Assembly: GCA_001600695.1 (NCBI GenBank)
Contig: BCKQ01000002.1
Coordinates: 2,298,151-2,362,150, forward strand
Reading direction: 5' to 3'
Length of the DNA: 64,000 nt
Source of the DNA: Ascoidea asiatica JCM 7603
Lineage: Eukaryota > Fungi > Ascomycota
The notes beneath the pieces were generated by a model. It was not told the origin of the DNA and did no database searches. It was given only the letters and a program-made list of their open reading frames with translations. The translations under genes were made by a program, and so were the position numbers. Of this stretch, positions 1 to 9,152 are shown in pieces. Each line of letters starts with the position of its first letter. Position 1 is the first letter of the stretch.

Positions 1-1222
1 TTTTTTGTGGTTTATTTCCAGGGATATAAGAGATAATAAATATTGGTTTTAGAGCTTAGCAATAGTTCTGGTTAAGCTTGAATACCAGGAGTAGCCAAAG
101 GGTGATAGTAAGTAATATTGGATAATATAATAAGTGATGCTTAATATAAGAGTCTAGCAATAATAGTAGATTATAGTAAAAGTAGTTCTGAATATATTAT
201 AGTTAATAATAATGAATAATAGATCAATAAAGATTTATAATAATTGAAATAAAGTAAGGACCTGATAATAATAATTGAAAATAGTATATGATGATGAATA
301 AATCTAACAACTGGAAGCCAGTTTACAATAGTGAATAATAGATCAATTACTTATAATAATCGCTAAATAAGCTAACGGTACAATAATAAAAACTAATAAT
401 GGTATATGATAATAAATGATACTAGCAACTATATGCCATTTAATAAAATTGATTAGCTAAAAAAATAAGTAATTAGACCAACTGGATACTGTAATAAATA
501 AGCTGTTTTTTAGCAAATTCTACCTAAAATATGACCAACACTGTGCTATTTGATAATTAATTTTGGAACAAAAAACAATAAAACCTGTAAGGCTTTCTGC
601 TAGGGACAACCAAGTTATCTGCTTACAATGTCAGAGTTTTTTTAATTCAATATAAAAAAAATAATATTTATTAATAAGTTGAGGTTGTTCAAACAAATTG
701 AATGATGATAATTGAAAAATTGATAAAATTAAAAAAAAAGAAAAGATTAAAGCTTTTTATAGTAAAAGTTTTTTTTTTTTTTTTTGAAATGATTATATGA
801 TTAGCACTTGCATTAACTAAGTTTTGAAACATTTTTTTAGTTTTATTATTAATAGAAATATCACTTGAATCATCAATAAAAAAAGTTGTGTCCTTATGTT
901 GAGCATAAAATACCAAAATAAAAGGGAGATAAAGCCCTAACTTATTATTAAATTGTGTAATTGTTTCAATTAAGGAGAAAAGAAAATAAAATTATTAAGT
1001 TATTTGACATGTGAAATAAATAATAAAGATTAATAGTAATTTAAAAAATAAATTAAAATGAAATTAAAATAATTTTAAGTGTTTCAATATCTCTTTATAT
1101 ATCATGCTGGTGCCGGAAATGTAAACAAAGGTCTACCAAATAAAGAAATAAATAAACAAACACAAAAATATAAAAAAATAAATAAACAGATTAATCACGT
1201 AATAAAATTTAAAACAAAAAAT

Positions 1223-1299
1223 TGAAACACATAATATATATTGAAACACATAATATAAATTGAAACACAATATAAAAATTGAAACAAAAAATTGAAACA
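1223..1299 (+). repeat. Minisatellite (about 19-bp period) carrying five TGAAACA Ste12/pheromone-response-element matches
   Basis: TGAAACA at 1223, 1242, 1261, 1280 and 1293; unit approximately AAATTGAAACACATAATAT. Confidence 0.75.
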
Positions 1300-1401
1300 A
1301 AAAAATAATCACGGGATCATAACTTAGTATTATAAGAACTGAGGTTAGAAATGATTGTTGAAGCATTTCTGTCAACAGTTCTTACGTAATTATTCAATAT
1401 T

Positions 1402-1448
1402 TTTTATATTTTTTATATTTTTTATATTTTTTATATTTTTTATATTTT
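1402..1448 (+). repeat. 9-bp tandem repeat (TTTTTTATA) giving five overlapping matches to the ARS consensus
   Basis: TTTTATATTTT (fits WTTTAYRTTTW) starts at 1402, 1411, 1420, 1429 and 1438. The repeat is certain; origin function is untested. Confidence 0.7.
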
Positions 1449-1585
1449 TAATATGCAAATCTGTCATTCTGTGAAATATTTGAATATATTTGAATATAAA
1501 TAAAATAGATGAAATAAATAGAGTAATAGAGTAATAGAGTAATAAAGTAATAAAGTAATAAAGTAAAAAATTAATATATTTGAAA

Positions 1586-2686
1586 ATGATTTCAATAATT
1601 GAAATAATAATATATTTATTTTTATTTATAATTTTAATATTTTCAATTTTATATTTAATAACATATATATTCTCAAATAAACCAAGATTAATTGATGAAT
1701 CTGAAAAATTTTATATAACAAATGATTTAAAAAATGAAAAATTTAATTCAACTTATAAATTATATCCATTACCAAAAAAAAATTTAAAAATTTCAATTAA
1801 TAATATTCAAATTTCAATTGTTATTCCAGTTTTTAATGAAATTAATAGAATTAAAATTATGTTAAATGATTGTATAAATTTTTTAAAAAAAAGTAAATAT
1901 AATAATAATTTTGAAATTTTAATTATTGATGATGGTTCAAATGATAATTCTTCAAATTTTATTTTAAATTTATTTAATAATTTATATAATTTAAATCCTC
2001 ATATTTTAAGAATTATTAAATTAATTAAAAATAGAGGTAAAGGTGGTGCTGTAACTCATGGTTTACAATATACAAGAGGTAAATATTCAATATTTGTTGA
2101 TGCTGATGGTGCATCTAAATTTTCTGATATTCAAAAATTAATTAATTCAATTGAAAATTATCAATCAAATAATAATGAAATTAATAATGAAATTAATAAT
2201 GAAATTAATAATGAAATACCATTAATTTCAATTGGTTCAAGAGCTCATATGGTTAATACAGATGCTGTTGTTAAAAGATCTTTTATTAGAAATTTATTAA
2301 TGCATTCATTACATTTATTATTATATATATTTGGTATAAGAAATATTAAAGATACTCAATGTGGTTTTAAATTATTTAATAGAAATTCAATTAATTTAAT
2401 TTTTCCATATATGCATAATGAAAGATGGATATTTGATGTTGAAATTTTATTAATTGCAATTAATAAAAAAATTAAAATTTTTGAAGTTCCAATAAATTGG
2501 CATGAAGTTAAAGGTTCAAAAATTGATTTAACAAAAGATTCAATAAAAATGGCAATTGATTTAATTGTAACTAGATTTGCATATTTCTTTGGTATATATA
2601 ATTATTATAATACTAATACTAATGATAATACTAATACTAATGAAAATGAAAATGATAATGAGAATAATAAAATTAAGATTATTTAA
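1586..2686 (+). CDS. ALG5: Dolichyl-phosphate beta-glucosyltransferase (GT2)
   Basis: N-terminal TM helix; SIVIPVFNE, IIDDGSND, NRGKGGAV, FVDADGAS, IGSRAHMVNTDAVVKRS, DTQCGFKLF, WIFDVEIL, WHEVKGSK. First ATG is 1586 (the track starts at TTG 1580). Confidence 0.95.
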   Translation: MISIIEIIIYLFLFIILIFSILYLITYIFSNKPRLIDESEKFYITNDLKNEKFNSTYKLYPLPKKNLKISINNIQISIVIPVFNEINRIKIMLNDCINFLKKSKYNNNFEILIIDDGSNDNSSNFILNLFNNLYNLNPHILRIIKLIKNRGKGGAVTHGLQYTRGKYSIFVDADGASKFSDIQKLINSIENYQSNNNEINNEINNEINNEIPLISIGSRAHMVNTDAVVKRSFIRNLLMHSLHLLLYIFGIRNIKDTQCGFKLFNRNSINLIFPYMHNERWIFDVEILLIAINKKIKIFEVPINWHEVKGSKIDLTKDSIKMAIDLIVTRFAYFFGIYNYYNTNTNDNTNTNENENDNENNKIKII

Positions 2687-2723
2687 AGAAGTTTTATTAT
2701 ATATTATTAATATAGATAGATAT

Positions 2724-3968
2724 TTATAAATTATTTTTTTTTTTCTTAAAATTTTCATTTTCAATAACTTCTCTAATTATTAAAGATAAAGCTTGTTCAT
2801 TACCAAAATTAAATTGATTATCAATAGTAATAAAACTTGAATTCCAATTTTTAGCTAAATTTTTACCATTTTTAATTAAAATTGGACTAATTCTTTTATC
2901 TTTAATATGAGTACAAATTATAATAATTGGAGGTAATAAATTTTTAAATAACTCATTTTTATTTTTATTTTCATTTTTTAAATTTGATAATTTCCAAGTT
3001 TTTTTAAAAGATTCAATAATTGAATAAATATCAGATTCTTCATAAATTTCTTTTTTTTTTTTATAAATTAAATATTCAATCCAAGCTTGAATTAAAGATT
3101 CTTTAATATTTTTTAATAAAGATAATGAATTATCATTATTATTATTATCATTGTTATTATTAATATTATTATAAGAAGGTGGATTTAAAGATGGTACTGC
3201 ACTATACATGAATATATAACCATTAATATTTGAATTTAAAGAACTTAAATTTGAACCCATTAATAAAGTTTGTATTGAAGAAGAATAAAAATTTTGATTT
3301 TGAATTAAATTTAAGAAAAATTTATTATTTAATTTTGTGAAAAGAGATAAATCAATAAATGGAATTAATGAAAATTTTTGAAAACCTTGAGAATCTATTA
3401 ATTCTACAAGAATTGTAGAAATATTTGGAATATCCATAGAATTTGAATTATTATTATTATTATTTGATATATAATTATAATATTTATTAAATTTCTTTTT
3501 ATGTTTATGTTTATTATTTGAATATGAATTTAAGATATTTGAACTTAAATATAAATTTAAATCTTTATTTAAATTAGAATTATATAATTCATTTAAATAA
3601 TTTTTTATATTTAAATTTTGATTTAATAAAATTTTTGAAATTTTAGTAATTGGATTAAAATTAATTAAAATTGTATTTGGAGAAATTGAAATAATATTAT
3701 TATTATTAAAATTATTATTATTTTTTGTTGGATAATAAGTTTCTCTAAATTTATTTATTTGTAAATTTATTGCAAAAGTTGATTTACCAACATTTGAAGC
3801 ACCTAAAATTACAAATCTTAATGGATTATTATTATTTTTAATATTATTTTCAATTTCATTATCATTTTCTATTGAATTTGAATTTGAATTTGAATGTGAA
3901 TGTGAATGTGAATGAGAATGAGTATGAATGAAGTTCTTTTTAAAAGATAATTTTGGATTTATGACCAT
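2724..3968 (-). CDS. Atypical Ras-like small GTPase-fold protein with Asn-rich insertions
   Basis: G1 FVILGASNVGKS, G2-like ETYYPT, G3-like LIDSQG, GYIFMYS strand, G4 position IIICTHIKD (not NKxD), GKNLAKNWN helix; no CAAX box. Confidence 0.7.
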   Translation of the reverse strand: MVINPKLSFKKNFIHTHSHSHSHSHSNSNSNSIENDNEIENNIKNNNNPLRFVILGASNVGKSTFAINLQINKFRETYYPTKNNNNFNNNNIISISPNTILINFNPITKISKILLNQNLNIKNYLNELYNSNLNKDLNLYLSSNILNSYSNNKHKHKKKFNKYYNYISNNNNNNSNSMDIPNISTILVELIDSQGFQKFSLIPFIDLSLFTKLNNKFFLNLIQNQNFYSSSIQTLLMGSNLSSLNSNINGYIFMYSAVPSLNPPSYNNINNNNDNNNNDNSLSLLKNIKESLIQAWIEYLIYKKKKEIYEESDIYSIIESFKKTWKLSNLKNENKNKNELFKNLLPPIIIICTHIKDKRISPILIKNGKNLAKNWNSSFITIDNQFNFGNEQALSLIIREVIENENFKKKKNNL

Positions 3969-4050
3969 TTTAATTATTATATTAATATTGAAGAAAGTGA
4001 TTTATTTTAGAAAGAGAAAGAGTTTAAAGTCATATAATATTCAAAATACG

Positions 4051-4127
4051 TATATATATACTATATATATACTATATATATACTATATATATACTATATA
4101 TATACTATATATATACTATATATATAC
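4051..4127. repeat. Perfect 11-bp minisatellite (TATATATATAC)x7
   Basis: C recurs at 4061, 4072, 4083, 4094, 4105, 4116 and 4127. Confidence 0.95.
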
Positions 4128-4424
4128 TATAATATAATAAAATTTTATAAAATAAGCGAAATAAAATAAACGATAAATAAATGATAATATTTATAAATAA
4201 ACTTTGAAAAATGAGGAAAAAATAAAAGTGGATGAGACATGATGAGATTGAATAAGTTTAGGTGACATTTTTTTGGATTTAGTTTTAATTCTTAGTTTAG
4301 TTTCACTTGAATTGAATTGATTTAATTTGAATAGTAATAAATCAAATGATGAAATAGTCAATAGTCAATAGTCAACAGTCAACAGTAAACAAATGGCAAA
4401 AAGCAAAAGGGAAATGACAAAAGG

Positions 4425-4910
4425 GTCGCCTAAATTTAGGTTCAGATATTTAAAGTTGTCTTTCCAGGAACAAGCCAAGAAAACAAGGCACGTGAGCACA
4501 CGACACGTGAACAGCGCCGTTTTGTGTCTGAGCTGGCAGTCGGAGCGCCGGTCGTTGGTTGATAAATTTCCAAAGGTATTTGCTAATACTATTGTATGTA
4601 TATACTATTGTATGTATATGTATATGTATATTAGAATACCTTTTCCCTTCAATGAATATTTATCTGTCAGTACCCTGGTACTACCACCGCTCTGGTACCA
4701 GCAGTGTCACTCACTCAATTATAGTGATACTGATAGACAGAGATACTGATGCAGTTAGTAAATGATGGAGATAAACCACTCGACTGTTTCTTTCTTATCC
4801 TGGAGAGTAAACGAATAAAGCAGTAAAGCAGCAAAGCAGTAAAGTAACTGAGTAAATGCTCGCTTGCAGCCAATCTCTTCTCTCATTTTAGCTGCTTCAG
4901 CTTATCTCAT
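4425..4910. promoter_or_regulatory. Divergent promoter island (Ras-like gene / M20 peptidase)
   Basis: Palindrome CCTAAATTTAGG at 4429-4440 (contains the Rlm1/MEF2 CTA(W)4TAG site), two CACGTGA E-boxes (about 4489 and 4506), a Yap site TTAGTAA at 4755-4761, and several GATAA/CTTATC GATA sites. Confidence 0.5.
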
Positions 4911-5006
4911 ATATAATATATAATATATAATATATAATAACTAGAATTCCATTAAAATATATAAATATTATAAATAATATTATAAATATTATAAATAATA
5001 TTAAAA

Positions 5007-5099
5007 ATGAAGTTTTCATTATTTTATTTTTTAACATTTTCATCATTTTTACTTATAAATGTAAATTCATTTAATATTTTCAATTTACAATGTCTTCAA

Positions 5100-5157
<58 letters not shown>

Positions 5158-6380
5158 TTATAGATAATTCAAATCATGATATTGAAAAAATTTTAGATTT
5201 ACATAAAAATTTAATTCAAATTTCTTCAATTTCAAATAATGAAGAAAATATTATAAATTATTTATCAAATTATTTATTAAATTTAGGTTTAAAAATTCAA
5301 TTACATAATGTTACAAATAATAGAAAAAATATATTTGCTTATTTTCATAATCATAATGATAATGATAATGATAATGATAATGCAACTTCAATTCCATTAA
5401 ATTTACATAGAAAAATATTATTAACTTCTCATATTGATACTGTACCTCCATATATACCATATTCTTTTAATAATAAAACAAATTTTATTTCTGGTAGAGG
5501 TTCTATAGATGCAAAAGCTTCAGTAACTTCTCAAATATTTTCATTAATTGAATTAATTACTGAAAGTAATAATAATAAGAATAACAACAAATTTTTAAAA
5601 AATGAAATTGCTTTATTATTTGTTGTTGGTGAAGAAGTTAATGGTATTGGAATGTTAAAATCTTCTGAATTTTTTAATAATTATAATTATAAATTTGATA
5701 CAATTATTTTTGGTGAACCAACTGAATCAAAATTAGCTATTGGTCATAAAGGTATTTTAATTTATGATATTCAAATTTTTGGTAAATCTTCTCATTCTGC
5801 TTATCCAAATTTAGGTATTTCTTCAAATGAAATTTTAATAAATTTAACTAAAAAATTATTAAAAAATCAAAAAAATTTTCCAATTTCAAAATTATTAGGT
5901 AAATCAACTTTAAATATTGGTGAATTAAATGGTGGAATTGCTATAAATATTATACCAAATTTTTCAAATTTAAAAATTTCTATAAGAATTTCAAAAAATT
6001 TAAAATTTTTTGAAAAATTTATTAAAAATTTAATTTTTAAAGAAATTAATAAACTTAATAAAATTTATCCAAAATTTTCAAATGATTTATTAATTAAAAA
6101 TGGTAAAAAAATTATTGAATTTAAAAAAATTCAATCTATACAACCACAATTTTTAAATTATAATATTCCAAATTTTAAAAATATTATTTTAAATTATAGT
6201 ACTGATATTGGTAATTATATTGTTAAAGATAATTTAAAACCATTAAGAAAATATTTATTTGGTCCTGGTTCAATATTACTTGCTCATGGTCCAAATGAAG
6301 GTATTTATTTAAATGATCTTTTAATTTCAATTAATGGTTATAAAAATTTAATCAACTATAATTTAAATACCTTTTATTAA
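5007..6380 (+). CDS. Secreted or vacuolar M20-family metallopeptidase (ArgE/DapE-like fungal carboxypeptidase)
   Basis: Signal-peptide-like N-terminus; metal-binding motifs SHIDTVPPY, GRGSIDAK, VGEE, GEPT, GKSSHS, AHGPNE. Confidence 0.9.
5103..5156 (+). repeat. (AAT)18 coding microsatellite (poly-Asn)
   Basis: Pure AAT run in frame just after the signal peptide of the M20 peptidase. Confidence 0.95.
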
Positions 6381-6631
6381 ATACCTTTTATTAACTTACT
6401 TATTATGGTTATTTTATCCACCGCGTAAAATTCTCTTATCTTTTTTATCTTTTTTTTATTTTTTTATCTTTTTTTTATTACGCGTTTTAGTATACCGTTA
6501 CCCGTCCTTAATTCTTACTTTCTAATAAATATAAATATAAATATAAATATAAATGAAATGAAATGAAATGAAATGAAATAAATAAATAGATAAATAGATA
6601 AATATATATATATATATATGTAAGTGATAAA

Positions 6632-7873
6632 ATGAATTTAATTGATTTCATTATTTCAATATTAATAATCATTATAATTTTATTTTTTTATGATAATGAA
6701 TTAATAATTAATAAATTATTTAATTTAAATCCAAGAAATTATAATAATTTAATAATTTTTATATTAAATTTAAGATTTAAAATTATTGAATTTTTTAAAA
6801 TTACAATATTAAGAAATAAAAATTTAAATAATAATAATAATAAAATAATTATTGATAAAATTTATTTATATCCAATTAAATCATTAGGTTATTTATCTGT
6901 AAAAGAATGGGAAATTAATGAAAATGGTTTAAAATATGATAGACAATTTGCTTTAGCTTATAAAATTCCAATTCAAAATAATAATAATAATAATAATAAT
7001 AATAAAGATAATGAATTTGAATTTAAAATTATAACTCAAAGAGATATTGAAAAATTATCATTAATTGAAATAAAAATTAAAGATAATGAATTTTATTTTT
7101 ATTATAATAATGAAAATAAAATTCAATTTTTTAAATTACCAATGAATATTAATGAAAATGATTTTGAAAATGAAAATGGTAATAGTAATTTAACTTCATT
7201 ATGGAATATAGAATTTAATACAAGAATTTTAAAAAAAAAATTTTTACCAGAATTTTTTAAAAATTGGTTAAATTTTAAAATTAATACAGAAATTTATTTA
7301 TTATATTCAAAAACTGGTAAATTTGTTAAAACTGCTTCACCAAGTTTTTTAAAAAAAGAAAGAATATCATTATTTCATGATTATTATCCAATTTTATTAA
7401 TTTCAAAAGAAGATATTATAAATATAAATAAAAAATTAATTGAGAATATTTTTGAAAATGAGAATGAGAATGAGAATGAGAATGAGAATGAGAATGAGAA
7501 TGAAGATAATGAAAAAAAAACTTTAAAACTTTTAGATTATTTAAATTTTAGATCAAATATAGTTATAAAAAATACAAAAAAATCATATGATATTGATAAT
7601 TGGTATCAATTTAAAATTAATAATAAATATTTATGGCAAATTTCAACAAAATGTCCAAGATGTCAAATACCAACATTAAATTATTTAACAGGTAAATTTA
7701 ATTCAAAAATTTCTAAAATTTTATCAAAAAATAGAAGAATTGATTCTGGTAATAAATTTCAATCATATTTTGGTATTTATTGTATTCAAAAAGAAATTAA
7801 TTATAAAATTAAAATTGGTGATGAAATTGATTTAATTAAAAGAAGAATTAATACTTTTCAACCAATTACTTAA
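6632..7873 (+). CDS. MOSC-domain protein (mARC / amidoxime-reducing-component-like) with N-terminal membrane anchor
   Basis: MOSC_N motifs IYLYPIKS and YDRQFAL; MOSC motifs FHDYYPILLIS, FRSNIVI, KCPRCQIPT (Moco-ligating Cys position) and FGIYC...IKIGDEI. Confidence 0.85.
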   Translation: MNLIDFIISILIIIIILFFYDNELIINKLFNLNPRNYNNLIIFILNLRFKIIEFFKITILRNKNLNNNNNKIIIDKIYLYPIKSLGYLSVKEWEINENGLKYDRQFALAYKIPIQNNNNNNNNNKDNEFEFKIITQRDIEKLSLIEIKIKDNEFYFYYNNENKIQFFKLPMNINENDFENENGNSNLTSLWNIEFNTRILKKKFLPEFFKNWLNFKINTEIYLLYSKTGKFVKTASPSFLKKERISLFHDYYPILLISKEDIININKKLIENIFENENENENENENENENEDNEKKTLKLLDYLNFRSNIVIKNTKKSYDIDNWYQFKINNKYLWQISTKCPRCQIPTLNYLTGKFNSKISKILSKNRRIDSGNKFQSYFGIYCIQKEINYKIKIGDEIDLIKRRINTFQPIT

Positions 7874-7994
7874 AATATTACTTGAATTATTTGATTCTAC
7901 TTAGATTTTATATATAATAAATAATATAAATTAAAGTATTCAAATATATTAAAAATAATAGTAGTATAAGTACAGTATAAATAGTTAATAAGTT

Positions 7995-8400
7995 TCGGGG
8001 GTTATATCCGAGGGTAAAAGTCCCGAATGAGTATATTTTCAGAGAAACAACCGAGAAGATCGAAAAAACAAGTAATAACCGAAATCCGACCAATAGCCTA
8101 CTTTCAAGCTCTTCGGATCGGGTCTCGGCAGCAACTCGGGTGATGATTTCAGGCTTTGCAAGTAGAGCAAAGAAGTTAAAGAACAAGAGAGAAAGAAAGA
8201 GAGAGAAAGAGAGAGCAAGGATAAAAGGCGGAAGCAGGCGGAGGAAAGTGGAGGAAAGTGGAAGATGGATCCGAAGCCGTGCGCCGAGGAGCCGACACGC
8301 GGGAATGTTCCGAGCGGTGGAGACGTCTGAGCCCTGCGCATTTGCATCCTCGATGGAAAATAGGTGAAAAGCGCCTAAAATTTAGGATTAATACGAGTGA
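7995..8400 (+). promoter_or_regulatory. CGG/CCG-rich upstream activating region of the PDR transporter
   Basis: Dense CGG/CCG triplets in a GC-rich island. CCGAAATCCG at 8079-8088 reads CGG-N4-CGG on the minus strand, similar to the Candida Tac1 drug-response element. Confidence 0.55.
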
Positions 8401-8919
8401 ATGAAGAGTGAATGAGGAGTGAAAGCCCTGAAGAGAGTATTTGGTTATGGTTATTAATCATCTTCATACTGAAATTGCCAATTTGGTGATTTCTCAATGG
8501 CTTACAACGGGTTTAACTGCTGTGGTGTTTTGAATTCAAATCCATTTCTAATCAATTTAAAGTCTTAATGCTTATGTCACTGTGATATGTGTAATCAAAA
8601 AAACTTATTCATCACTGATTAGTGTTTGAACAAATAAAATAAAAAGCAAAAAGTAATTGATTAGAAGTTATGTATATTATAACTACTTAATTAATATAAA
8701 TATTGGAGTTTTCCATTTTAATTAACTGAACTTCAATTATATTCATTCAATTATTAAATTTTATTTCAATTTAAAAATATAAATATATTTTGAATATATC
8801 TATATCTATTTTTTTTCTTTCTTTCTTTTCATTTCTTCTAGTTATATAATATTCTATTCTATTCTATTCTATTCTATTATATTATATTATATTATATTTC
8901 AATTCAATTTCTTTAGAAA

Positions 8920-9104
8920 ATGTCTTCTTCTATAAGAAGTGAAGTAAAATCAACTTCTGCTGAAAGACAATCAAATGATCTGAATTCAATTCAAAATTAT
9001 CAAGGTTTTAATAATGAAGTTGATATGGATATAAGAACTTTAGCAAGAAAATTAACAAATTCCGCTGATGATAATATAAATGAAATTCAATATACTACTA
9101 CTAC

Positions 9105-9152
<48 letters not shown>

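Noticed and set aside
1201-1310. CRISPR-like regularly spaced repeats
   Set aside because: Eukaryotic context, no unique spacers and no cas genes; it is a minisatellite.
3928-4765. Short ORFs 3928-4137, 4393-4749 and 4559-4765, and similar poly-Leu, poly-Tyr or poly-Ile ORFs overlapping real genes throughout the track
   Set aside because: They are translations of microsatellites, promoter islands, or alternative frames of AAT/TTA repeats.
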